Source: the human T2T-CHM13v2.0 reference genome, Homo sapiens
DNA length: 64,000 nucleotides
Direction: 5' to 3' (one strand)
Assembly: GCF_009914755.1 (NCBI RefSeq)
Contig: NC_060925.1
Below, piece after piece: positions 14,292 through 26,275 of the stretch. The translations under genes were made by a program, and so were the position numbers. Within the stretch, counting starts at the first letter, position 1. Every line of letters begins with the position of its first letter. The notes under the pieces were generated by a model. That model worked only from the letters and a program-made list of their open reading frames with translations, was not told the origin of the DNA and did not search any database.

Positions 14292-14680
14292 ATGTCAACC
14301 TAAAGGAAAACACTGAGGCAAATTTAATATAAAAAGAGAATTGATTTGGGCCAAGTTTGAGGACTGCAACCCAGGAGCACAGAGTCAAATTGCCCTGAAT
14401 ATGCACTCCGTTGGCAGCAGTTACAAGTAGGTTTTTTAAAGGAAATACAAAAGAGTCAACTTCTAAGTTGTTTACCAAGAACTTACATTAAAATTATATA
14501 AGCTATTGATTGGCTATATACTGTTCTTCGTATCACAAATTCTACGAACATGAAGATGATGAGTGAGACAGCTAGTCAGGAATAAAAATGCCTTTTAACA
14601 ATTGCCGCCAGGCATTGGTAGAGGGCAGCATGACAAGTCCCATACACGTGGCTCTCTCAGCTTGATAAATTTTGCATACC
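14292..14680 (-). mobile_element. ERV1 (MER4-group) LTR fragment
   Basis: Starts tgtcaacctaaagg (reverse LTR terminus ...ggttgaca); family uncertain. Confidence 0.55.
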
Positions 14681-15310
14681 TCACATAGTGCAAACTACTC
14701 TGAGCTATTTTTCTTCTCTCACATTGAATGCCACAATGTAGTCACCCATTCAGGGCCTAGAGAAGAAAAGAAATGGAACCCTCAGATTCAACAAAACCTC
14801 TCCTGCACAACTTCAGCCAGTTGACGAACAACTTGCAGAGTTGGGCACTTTTATGTGCTAACAATTCATGCAGCTTGATACCCTTTCCTTTAGAGCCCAG
14901 TAGAAATAAAAATGAGGAAATAGAGAGGTTAAAATGTTCATCTTATTGCTTAAATGATAAGCTGCTCTTCAGAGTTTCAAAAAGCAAATTACACCATATT
15001 CCAACTAAAAGAACTATAGAGGCGGAAAGGAGGTGATCTCTTTTCTCTCTGTCATAAAAGGTAATGGCCAACACCCCTATAACAAAAGACAGGTTAACAA
15101 GAGAAAACGTGACAGATTTATTACGTGCACATGTGTGCATGAGAGCCTTACAAAACATGAACTCAAAGGAGGGCCAGATCATTCATGTTTAAATATTCTC
15201 TTCACTGGGGTTAGGGGAGATGGAAGTGTAAAAGTAAATGATTTTTCAGAGGAAATTAATAAGTCCAAAGAACACAGATTAGACCAAGTTTCTCTGGGCT
15301 TTGGGGGAGG

Positions 15311-16620
15311 TGTAATCACCCAACAGATTCATCTTGCTCACTGCCCAGAAAAGCTGATGCCCTGAGAACAGCAGGTTTTTCCAATAGAGAGAGTTTAATA
15401 AACACACAGCTGTCAGAGGCATTTGAACCAGAGTGACTCCATCTTGAATAGGGGCTGGGTAAAATGAGGCTGAGACCCACTAGGCTGCATTCCCAGGAGG
15501 TTAGGCATTCTTAGTCACAGGATGAGAAAAGAGGCCAGCACAAGATTCAGGTCACAAAGACCTGGCTGATAAAACAGGATTCAGTAACGAAGCTGGCCAA
15601 AACCCACCAAAACCAAGATGATGAAAAAAGTGACCTCTGGTCGTCCTCACTACTCATTATATGCTGATTATAATGAATTAGCATGCTAGAAGACACTCCC
15701 ACCAGCACTGTGATAGTTTACAAATGCCATGGCAATATCAGGAAGTTACCCTATATAGTCTAAAAAGGGGAGGAACCCTCAGTTCTGGGAACTGCCCATT
15801 TCTTTCCTGTAAAACTTATGAATAATCCACCCCTTGTTTAACATGTAATCAAGAAGTAACTATAAGTATACTCAGTTGAGCAGCCCATGCCACTGCTCTG
15901 CCTATGAAGTAGCCATTCTTTTATTCCTTTACTTTCTTAATAAACTCGCTTTCACTTTATGGACTGGCCCTGAATTCTTTCTTGTGAGAGGTCCAAGAAC
16001 CCTCTTTTGGGGTCTGGCCAGCTAAACGGAAGGACAGGAGTTTATTACTACTCAAATCAGCCTCCATGAAAATTCAGAGGCTAGATTTTTTTAAGGATAG
16101 TTTGGTAGTCAGGGGCTAGGGAATGGGGAATGCTGATTGGTTGGGTCAGGGATGAAACCATAGGGAGTCAAAGCTTGTCTTCTGGTCTTCCTGGGAGGAG
16201 ACCACATGACAAGATGAACCAGTTTACCAGTCTGGGTAGTGCCAGCCGGCCCATCAGAATGCAGGGTCTGAAAAATATCTTGAGCACCAATGGTAGGTTT
16301 TATAATGGTGATGTTATCCATAGGAGCAATTGGGGACTTCTGACTGCATGACTCCTGAGCCCTAATTTCTTATCTTGTGGCTAATTTGTTAGTTCTACAA
16401 AAGCAGTCTGATCTCCAAGCAAGGAGGGGGTTTGTTTTGGGAAAGGGCTGTTACCATCTTTGTTTCAAAGTTAAACTGTAAACTAAATGTCTCCCATAGT
16501 TAGCTTGGCCTATGCTCAGGAATGAATAATGGCAGCTTGGAGATTAGAAGAAAGATGGAGTAATTACATTTTTTTTTTCACATTTTTTTCACTGTCACAA
16601 TTTTTTTAAAGGTGATTTCA
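15311..16620 (-). mobile_element. LTR8/LTR8A solo LTR (split by MER41B)
   Basis: Termini tgtaatcacccaa... and ...ggtgatttca; 4-bp TSD GAGG at 15307-15310 and 16621-16624. Confidence 0.8.
15411..16017 (+). mobile_element. MER41B-like solo LTR, last ~20 nt missing
   Basis: Begins tgtcagaggcatttgaaccagag; internal tandem GAS motifs, TATA-like tataag, AATAAA; ends cctcttttggggtctgg. Confidence 0.88.
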
Positions 16621-17411
16621 GAGGTAACATCACAGGACATGGGAGACTAAAGGGAGGAAAGTATGTCAAACAAAGGCTGTCCTGTTCTGCAGACGAAACC
16701 TCACAGAAAGCAACTCTCAGAGTCAGTAGCCTATGATGAAAGTTTCTCTGTCAGACATTCAGCAGTGCCTGACTCTCAGTCTCTCTCTCCTGCAAGTTAA
16801 TCTTTCCTAGAGTGGGCAAGGGAGGCCTCCGAGAAAGCCTAGTTTCCATCTTCTGTTTACTTCCTTTTATTTTCTCCACAGATAAAAATCTCCTTCACAA
16901 AAGGCAGCTTTTCAGGGCTGTTTCTGTCTGCAGGCCCTCTGAATAGCCATCTCAAAATCTGTCAACGAAGTGTATATTTTGCAGTAAAATATTTTTTGTT
17001 TTCTTTAGTATGAAACAATTTATATTATTAGATTACAGGAGTATTAAAACCATCCATGATCTCACTTTTAAACAAACCAATCTGAAAGTCTAACATTGGG
17101 GCAGATTCTAAGCAATGTCTTATAAAGAATAATTATGTGTTAATGAGTAAACTAAGTTAATTAGTCTCCTTAAACCAGAGGGTCAGTTTACTCCAGGCCA
17201 CATGGTCAAAGGCAAAAGTCCAACATTACATCAAACTCAAATAGAGATTAGGAAGGAGGAGAAAAGCAGCTCACTTAGCTAAAGAAAAAACAATAAATTC
17301 AATTTTGTGGAAAAGGAGGGCATAAATGGAGGTGCTATCTAAAATGTTATTTTTCTGAAAGAAAAAATAAGAAATTAATGCTCCTATTTGCAACTGTAAC
17401 ACTTATTCCAG

Positions 17412-17775
17412 TATGTTCTCTTCTTTCTTCATGTTTGGCCAGAGCCAGACTTTGCAGACAGATTACATCACATATGTGGATGAGCTGGGCTCTTTCATAG
17501 GGGCCAAGCCTAACATACCATGGCTCTTCCTGACAGATCCCCGCCTGGCCCTGGAGGTGTACTTTGGCCCTTGCAGCCCATACCAGTTTCGACTGATGGG
17601 ACCAGGGAAGTGGGATGGGGCCAGAAATGCCATCCTGACCCAGTGGAACCGGACAGTGAAGCCAACCAGGACAAGAGTTGTCAGTGAAGTTCAGCGACCC
17701 CATCCCTTTTACAATTTGCTTAAAATGCTTTCATTCCCATTACTCCTTCTGGCTGTTACACTTACATTTTATTAA
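17412..17775 (+). pseudogene. FMO6P: FMO6P exon 9 coding part (homologous start 17433; usable in-frame acceptor at 17412), stop TAA 17773-17775
   Basis: [18 protein letters not shown]...[28 protein letters not shown] followed by a hydrophobic tail; the homologous acceptor reads cat rather than cag. Confidence 0.9.
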
Positions 17776-17820
17776 TGAGAAAGTCTTTGAGGTCTCAAAA
17801 TTCAGCATAGAAGTGTAATC

Positions 17821-17861
17821 ACACAATACAACACACACACACACACACATACACACACACA
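17821..17861 (+). repeat. (CA)n microsatellite in the FMO6P 3'UTR region
   Basis: Interrupted CA run. Confidence 0.9.
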
Positions 17862-17922
17862 ATCACAACATAGTTCCTCTCTCCTTTCCTGAAGATATGA
17901 AAATCAGTCTTGGCCCATTTGA

Positions 17923-17928
17923 ATTAAA
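17923..17928 (+). terminator. Candidate polyadenylation signal (ATTAAA) of FMO6P
   Basis: First poly(A)-type hexamer after the stop codon and the (CA)n tract; no AATAAA seen before the downstream L1. Confidence 0.3.
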
Positions 17929-18179
17929 GTATAAGTAAAATGGAAAATACTCAGCCTCTCTCTCTCTGTTGGGAATCTGTTCTCTAAAAGGCTTTTCACA
18001 TGCTGAATTGGCAAATTTGGGGATGCTTAAGATAAGACAGGAAGTTGAATAAGCATGAGCACAGATTTTCAGGCTGAACAAAGTTTAACAAAATGTAAAG
18101 GCATTTTATTTTGTCCATTATAGTATATTAACCAATGTATTTTTCATATTAACTGAAGTTATTGACATTAAATCAACAT

Positions 18180-20148
18180 AGAGAGATAAGTTTATACCAA
18201 TACAACAACGAAGATAAAATGAACACATTGCTTGAAAGATACATACTGCCAAAGCTCTCCCAAGAAGAAGCATATAACCTGAATAGACCTAAATCTATTA
18301 AAGTACTTGAATTTGTAGTTTAAAAACTCTTCCACAAAGAACAGGCCAAGAACCAGGTCTTCACTGGTTAATTCTGTCAAACATTTGAGAAAGCAATATA
18401 CCAACTATATGCAAAATTTTCCAGAAGATTAAAGAGGACAGAATAATCCTCAGCTCATCATAGCCCTGACACCTAAACAAGACAAACACATTCTAAAAAA
18501 ATAAAATATAGATCAATATCCTTCATGAAGATATATGCAAAAATTCTTAACAAATGTTAATATAATCAAACAGTTTATAAAATGAATAGCATAACCAAGT
18601 AAGAATTATTCTGGAAAAGCAATGTTGGTTTAATAGTCAATGTAATTCACCACATTTGTAAACTAAAAATGAAAAACCATAGGATCATCTCAATAGATGC
18701 ATAAAAAGCATCTGACAAAAGCCAACATCCATTCCTGAAGAAAACTCTCAACAAAGTGATAGAAGGAAACTTCCTCAACATGAAAAAGGGCATCTATGAA
18801 AAACCTACAGCTAATATCATACTGAATGGTGGAAAACTAAACGCTGTATTTCTAAGAGCAGGAACAATATAAAGGCCTTGGTTCTCACCACTTCTAGTCA
18901 ACATCCTACTGGGGTTTCTAGCCAGTGCAATAAGGAAAAAAAAAGAGGAATAAAAGATATCAAAAGTGGAATGGGAGAAGTAGAACTTTCTTTATTCTTA
19001 GACAACATAATTGTCTATACAGAAATTATTTTGAAATCTACATAAAAATTACAGAACAAATAATTATATTTCTATATACTAACAGTAAACAGTAGAAAAT
19101 TAGAAAATTGTAAACTATTATTTATAACATCCAAAAATATGAAATATTTAGGATAAGCCAGCATAAGAAAGGTAAAAACCATACACTGAAAGCTAAAAAA
19201 CATAGCTGAGAGTAATTAAAGGTCTAAATAAATGGAGAGATACACTATATCCTGGGTTGAACCACCGATATTGTGGTGATGTCAATTATCCTCAAGTTGA
19301 TCCATAATTTCAATGCAATACTAATCAACCCCCTAACATGCTTTTTTATAGAAATTGAAAACTGATTCTAAAATGTATAAGGTATTTAAAGGACCTAGAA
19401 TTGTTAAAAAATAACTTTGAAAAGGCCGGGCACAAAGGCTCACGCCAGTAATCCCAGTATTTCGGGAAGCTGAGGCAGGCGGATCACCTGAGGTCAGGAG
19501 TTCGAGACCAGCCTGGCCAACATGGAGAAACCCCATCTCTACTAAAAATACAAAATTAGCCAGACGTGGTGGTGCATGCCTGTAATCCCAGCTACTCGGG
19601 AGGCTGAGACAGGAGAATCGCTTGAGGCGGAGGTTGCAGTGAGCCGAGATTGTGCCATTGCACTCCAGTCTGGGCAACAAGAGCCAAACTCCATTTCAAA
19701 AGAAAAAACAAATGTGGAGCATTAACACTACCTGACTTCTGATTTCAGAATTTCTTATTTTATGAAGCTACAGTAATCAAGTCAGTATGTTATGGTGTGA
19801 AGATAAACAATAGGTCAATAAAAAAGAATGGAATGTCTGGAAATAGAACCACACAATATGGACAAAGGTGAAAATTCAGTAAAGACAGGAGAGTCTTTTC
19901 AACAAATGATGTTGGAACCATTGGATATCATGCAATATGGAAAAAAAAAAACTTCAGTCAATACTTTGTACTATATACAAAAAGTAACTGAAAGAGGATT
20001 ATAGAACTAAAACCCTAAAACTTCTAGCAGAAAATGAAAAAGAAAATCTTTGGGTTAGGCAAAAATGTCTTAGATACAATACTAAATGCACAATATTCAT
20101 TTTTAAAATTGTGTAAATTGAACTTCATCAAAATTAAGAACAGTTCTA
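18180..20148 (+). mobile_element. Degenerate L1M ORF2 fragment
   Basis: A-rich L1 ORF2-like sequence (atcatctcaatagatgc, tatgaaaaacctacagctaatatcatact) with many stops. Confidence 0.8.
19424..19710 (+). mobile_element. AluS (Sp/Sq-like)
   Basis: Full dimer with a small right-arm deletion. Confidence 0.9.
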
Positions 20149-20389
20149 GCATATTCTCACTCACAGGTGGGAATTGAACAATGAGATCACATGGACACAG
20201 GAAGGGGAATATCACACTCTGGGGACTGTTGTGGGGTAGGGGGAGGGGGGAGGGATAGCATTGGGAGATATACCTAATGCTAAATGACGAGTTAGTGGGT
20301 GCAGCGCACCAGCATGACACATGTATACATATGTAACTAACCTGCACAATGTGCACATGTACCCTAAAACTTAAAGTATAATAAAAAAA
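20149..20389 (+). mobile_element. Young 5'-truncated L1PA2-like 3' end
   Basis: Close to the L1HS 3'UTR but with GAG at the Ta-diagnostic site; 13-bp TSD aagaacagttcta (20136-20148, 20390-20402). Confidence 0.88.
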
Positions 20390-21592
20390 AAGAACAGTTC
20401 TAATATTCCTTTAGGAAAGAATACAGTAAGTACATTGATACTTATGACATCCACATTATTTGTATCTAATAAAAGCAGGATGAATATTCTAACTCAATTT
20501 GTCTAATTGGAGAGATGGATAAGTCATAGTAGAAAAAGTTCAGACTTGAAAAGAAAAATGTATACCAAACTATCTCAATTTGTTTTTAGAATATGTATAA
20601 TTTATCCTAGTAATCAAAATTGGTTCAAACCAGATGTGTCTCCAAAGTATTCTTGTGTACATGTGTATGTGTACACACATGCTAGTGTTGTGTTGTGTTT
20701 AGTATGATGCTAGATTGTGTAACAGAAAGAGTCTGTAAGAATTATAAGCTGATTTTCCAAATATCCTATGCACATATTTCTGAGTCCTCTGTTCAATCTG
20801 GGGACTACCAATGAAGACTAATCTGGAATCTTGGAGAGAGACACTTGGGAAGAACAAGAAAAATAATATTTTGAGTGGGGGTCTCTTTTCTGGAACATGT
20901 TTCAGGGTGTGAGAATCTCATTCCCTCCTCAGACCTAGTACTAGAGGGATGTTCTCCTCAACAAAGACTGTAGTGAAAGTTGGCTAAATGGACTGCTGAG
21001 CCCTTCAGACTTAGTTTATTTGAGCCAACTAGAAACTTTTTTGTAATTCAGACTTCTTGATATTTTATTCAATCATATGGATAATATTAATTTGCACTAA
21101 ATTAAACTTGATGGAATGTTGCTTATAACCTCTGTGTATTTGGTCCTGTGTAGTAAGTAGACATAAGTGTGGTCCTTCCCATCATCTTTACCAACCATGC
21201 AAAATAAAGTGAGAACAAAGAGCCGTTAAGGAGTGACAAAAGGCGAGGGAGCATGCTAACTCAAAGCTAACTCATGCACCTCATTCTACTGATTGGGTAG
21301 CCTGCTCATCTGTGAAATCTATGTTTGTGTGTATATACAATCTGTAATTGAATCTAGTGTAAGGACTATACCAGACAAATTCATTAATAAACTAACTAAA
21401 TAAAACCCTTTTACCAGTTGATTCCCAAAGACAATCAGCTTTTCAGTCAGATTAATAGCAAATCTCACAGTTAAGAAACTACTATGTTTTGCATCATCAG
21501 ACACAGAAGAAACCATATTTTTAATGTTTTACTTTGCCTCTAAAATCCTAGCATAAATTAGCATATTTTTAAAAAAGGGTTAAGAGTAGTAG

Positions 21593-21725
21593 TTTATGCC
21601 TGGAATCCCAGCATTTTAGGAGGCCCAGGCACAAAGATTGCTTAAGCACAGGAGTTTGAGACCAGCCTAAGCAACATAGCAAAACCTTGTCCTACAAAAA
21701 AATTAAAATTAAAAAATTAGCCAGG
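21593..21725 (+). mobile_element. Alu left monomer (AluJ/FLAM)
   Basis: gcctggaatcccagcattttaggagg...aaaaattagccagg. Confidence 0.75.
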
Positions 21726-22141
21726 TGCTATGACTCAGATGTGTGTCCCCTCCAAATCTCATGTTGAAATGTGATCCCCAGTGTTGGAAGTGGGGCCTTG
21801 TGGGAAGTGATTCTCTCATAAATGGCTTGGTGCCCTCCCCAGGGTAATGAGTGAGTTCTCACTCTATTAGTTCACGAGAGCTATTATAGTTGTTTAAAAG
21901 AGACTGGCACCTCCTCTCCTCTCTCTTGCTTCAATTCTCGTGCTCCCTTTCACACCATGTGACATGCCTGCTCCCCCTTCACCTTCTGCCATGATTGCAA
22001 GCATCTTGAGGCCTCACCAGAAGCAGATGTCGGCACCATGCTTCTTGTACTGTCTGCAGAATGATGAACCAAAATAAACCTCTTTTCTTTATAAATTACC
22101 CAGTCTCAGGTATTTCTTTATAGCAACACAAAATGTGTAAC
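21726..22141 (+). mobile_element. MSTA/MSTB MaLR LTR
   Basis: tgctatg...ccaaatctcatgttgaaat...aataaacctcttttctttataaattacccagtctcagg. Confidence 0.85.
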
Positions 22142-22569
22142 TGGCAAAAGGGTCCTGCTGCTTGCCACTTTTAGAAAGATGCCAACATAACAAGAGCGAG
22201 ATGTGACAGAGAAAGAGTGAGTTTTATCATCTGTGTTAGCAAGGAAAAGAGTGGGCAGAATTCTTTCCCAAAATTTCCACTCTTCAATTTGTGGGAGGAA
22301 CACAGGGTTTTTTTTTTAAGAGACAGGGGTTTGGAATGCAGGAGAGGAAAAGGGCAGCTACACAGATCAAAAGGCAGGCCCTTAGACATGGCACCTTGCT
22401 CTGTATATACCAGTCTCTTTAAGGATATAAACCACAATCTGGTTTATACATTATGTTGATGATTATAATACATTGATAATTAACAACTGTATATCTGGAT
22501 GCAGTGTCATAATATGGCTTTTTAGTAAAAAGTACTTGAAGGTAAAATGAATAATTAGATTAAAAAATG

Positions 22570-22627
22570 AAGCCACAAGGAAATGATAGCTGAAATTTAA
22601 GCCACAAGGAAATGATAGCTGAAATTT
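22570..22627. repeat. Perfect 29-bp tandem duplication
   Basis: aagccacaaggaaatgatagctgaaattt x2. Confidence 0.95.
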
Positions 22628-23284
22628 CTATGCATATCTTTAAAATTTACATCTTACATTGAACTGCAGTGATCTAGGTGCCTTCAACTGCCCTGTCCTT
22701 AGATTTAATAAGGTGTAGATAGCTTCACAGATTACCTTTTCTTATAATAAAAGAAGTATAACCAGAGCCTTTATGACTACATTTGTTAATTTCTCCTCTC
22801 TGAAATAAGACAATGTAATCTTCAGGTATTTGGTTTACTAATATATCACAGATTCATCACCACCCCACCCAACTAATCATCAAATGAGTTTCGCAGCTAA
22901 GAACTGACTCATATTCTATACCTGCCTTCTTAATGTATTAAGAAAATCCTTAAGCTCCATTAGGCTTTGGCCAATATGAGACATCCAAATCCAGATACTT
23001 TTGAGACTAGACTGAAAAAATAAGTGAGTAAAGCAGATAGATTGCATATTAATCATTCTGTTGGCACATTAAACAAAGAGAAATCATCCTTTACTTCCGC
23101 AAAAATATTTGCAGGCCCAGGACAACCAGATTTTCTAAACTTTTTAGAGAAGCCTTGTATTGATATTTCCATCTGTTATTTTCTGGATTTTTAATGTTTA
23201 GCAACAACTTTTAAAAAAAGATTTGTAGGTCTTAGATGGGCTGGAGAAAACTCAGTAAGGGCAGATTTCAGCCGAAGAACCTCC

Positions 23285-24555
23285 ACTTCTCCTTACCTTC
23301 TCTGGAAACAATATGTATTGCCATCTTCCAGCCACCATTCTCAGGGTTCAGAGGGAGTTTAAAGATCTCCTAATTTAACCCTTGGTTGATACTTGTGTTC
23401 TTTCTACAATATCCAGCCTCCTCTTTAACACCTCTTTGGACACAAAATTCATTCATTACCCTCTGGAGCAGCCTTCAGATAACTGACTGCCTCTGGCATT
23501 TACCCAGTACAGCCACCATTCATTCACAGTGGCGAACACCAGCCCTGTGAGATAGAAAGAGGTTCAAATGGGGGAGTCACAGCTACCTGCTCAAAAACTC
23601 AAAGCAAAACACTGAACTGATTCCAAACAGGAGTCTTCATAACTTATTAGAATATTTAAAAAGGAATAATTATTTGTAGGAATCTGTTATATGGATATTT
23701 TTGCATTAAAGCACAAAGATGGATGAACAAGGAAAATCATTGCAGTCTCGTTTATAATCATGAAAACCTGGAAACAATTCAAATATCTATAATAGTATAA
23801 AATAACATACAGTAAAATATAGGAGATCAACGTATATATACTGACATGGAACTCTTTTCAAAATATATTGTTTAATGAAAAAAGCAAGTAACAAAGTAAA
23901 CAATATTTCTTCATTTATGTAAAGTCTAGTATCTGTGTATATAAATGTTATTTTTACACAGAAGGAAATGTCTGAAAGCCAATTGTCATCAGTAGTTTTC
24001 TCTGAAGATTAGACTGGGGCTGGAAATGGGAGGAAGGAGTAGGAACCGCACTTTTGTTTCTACATACTTTCGCATTGTTTGAGTTTTTTCATTGAAGACA
24101 TTTTCATACATGACTAGTTTTATATGTAAGAAAATAATTTTTTAAATAGGTACCATTTAGTCTAGAAAGCACCTACAAGATGCCTGATTGGTGAACCTTG
24201 TGAAGACAAGAGAAAAATGAAAGATTTTGTGTATGAATTTTAGTCTCAACTGCAAAATATTTTTCTGCTTTCTCAATGACACTACTTGGTCCTGTGTGTC
24301 ATGTTACCACTCCCTGTGTTCAGATGACTGTGTTTGTGCATTATATAACAATATTAATTGTGCTATTGCCAGAGAGGGCTGTGACTAATGAGGTATATAC
24401 TAATTAGAATGCACTTTACCAGAATACACAGTTGTGGATAAGCCAACAAAAGGTTGAGCGCAGGTTGTGAACTTCTCCTTACCTTTCCTGAAAACAACAT
24501 GAATTGTCATCTTCCAGTCACCATTCTCAAAGTTCAAAGGGAGTTCAAAGATCTC
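23285..24555. repeat. Dispersed 85-bp direct repeat (23285-23369 and 24471-24555)
   Basis: Ungapped alignment by eye, 74/85 identical. Confidence 0.9.
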
Positions 24556-25109
24556 AGCCGCTTTGCCCTGTACATGAGAAAGGGAAGAATAATGGAATCG
24601 CAAAAGTCCCCAGGTAATGCATGTAATTTTTTCATAATGCATCACCCAGATCAATGCTGAGATCTGGAAAGAGAGGACCATAGGTTGTGATAATGTCCTG
24701 CCACTTCCCCATCTATCCTCAACTCTGCTGCAAGTCTGGCCATAGCACGCCCTGCTCAAAATCCTTCAAAGGCTTCTCATCACCTTTTGGATAATGCCCA
24801 AGCTCAAGAGCAAATGAGGCCCTCTACCATCTGGCTCTACTCTTTCTCATTTTTACCTCTTCCTTGCTCCCTCTTAATACTCTGGTAGTATTGGACTGGT
24901 GATATTTCCTAAACTCATACCATAATGATCCTCACCTCTTTGCTCCAATTCCTGCTGTTCCCCTGGTCACAGATACCTTCCATCACCCCACACACATCTC
25001 TACCACCATAGCCTTGGGCAACTCCTGCTCTTTGTTATTTATCTTTATTCTTTCTGCACAGTGGCTTTTCCTGGGGACCATTGTCTTCATTCCTCTTTGC
25101 CCATACCTA

Positions 25110-26222
25110 TCCTTACATATACATGTTGAAATGATTACTACAGTCAAGGCAATTAATATATCCATCATCTCACCCTTCCCTAATTGGTGTGTGTGTGTAT
25201 GGTAAGAGCACCAAAAATCTACTCTCTTAGCAAATTTCTAGTATACAATACAATGATATCCGCAAGAGGCAGGCAAATGCCTAGGCAGACAGGGGCAGGT
25301 CCCTGGTGAAACCCCACCTTCAAGCCAAAGACAGTTTAAAGCCTGAAAGCCAAGCTACAAGTCAAATCCACAGACTGGATTGAGAACCTCTCTTCCCATT
25401 TGGTGCACTTTCCTCTGAATGATCCCTACCCTTCACCTATTTTATATATACCTACCCTTCCCTAATTGGTTTTTTACACTGCCATGCCCACTGAGTTGTG
25501 CCTTTGTTTTAACCTTTTCTGCGTACTCACAAACCAATCACCACTCCCCCATTCTGAGCCCATAAAAGCCCCGGACCCAGCCACACTGAAGGGGAGACCA
25601 CCCAACTTCATGTGGTGGATCACCCTCATGGCCCCTCTTTGCTGAGAGCTGTTCTGTCACTTAATAAAGCTCTTCTCTGCCCTTCTCACCCTTCAATTGT
25701 CAGTGTAACCTCACTTCTCTTGGATTCAGGACAAGAACACAAGAATTGCTGAACATAGGTATGAGCTGTAACACAGGTGGGCTGGGGCACTCCTGGGCCA
25801 GTCATGGGGTGAGCTAGTGTGCAAATGGGCAGAGTACCTCCTGCAGCAGGCCTGGGGCTGAGCAAGGCCCAGTTTGGGGCATCGCCAGCCAGACACTTCC
25901 AGCTGGCAAAAGTGACAGAATAATCCTGTATCAGCAACACTATTAACTATAGTCCACATGCTGCATATCAGACCTCTAGATTTATTCATCTGACAAAACT
26001 GCAACTTTGTTTCTTTTTATCTACATCTCCTGATCTCCCCCTACCTCTGGTAACCACCTTTCTACTCTGTTTATGTGTATTCAGCATTTTTAAGATGCTG
26101 CATATAAGAAAGATGTGGAATACTTTTTTTTTCCTGTGGCTTATTTCACTTAGCGTAATGTCCTCTAGGATCATCATGTTGCAAATGGCAGGATCTCCTT
26201 CCTTTCTAAGGCTGAATAATAT

Positions 26223-26224
<2 letters not shown>
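25110..26224 (-). mobile_element. L1MA 3' fragment split by an LTR
   Basis: aaaatctactctcttagcaaattt...; tggcttatttcacttagcgtaatgtcctc. Confidence 0.75.
25254..25933 (+). mobile_element. ERV1 solo LTR (MER61-like)
   Basis: TG...CA termini (tgatat.../...gtatca), CCAAT, cataaaa and AATAAA in LTR order. Confidence 0.7.

Positions 26225-26272
<48 letters not shown>
26225..26272 (+). repeat. (GT)n microsatellite, about 24 units
   Basis: Pure GT run. Confidence 0.97.

Positions 26273-26275
<3 letters not shown>

Larger units (their letters stand above)
15000..17008 (-). mobile_element. Outer ERV1 (MER4-group) LTR split by LTR8A (pieces about 15000-15310 and 16621-17008)
   Basis: LTR-like sequence continuous across the GAGG target duplication; family uncertain. 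Confidence 0.55.

Noticed and set aside
18180-20148. Active L1 ORF2
   Set aside because: Fragmentary, heavily mutated and interrupted by an Alu.
24400-24759. 119-aa minus-strand ORF as a novel protein
   Set aside because: No recognisable domain, and substitutions between the duplicated copies are mostly non-synonymous. Kept only as a possible non-coding exon.
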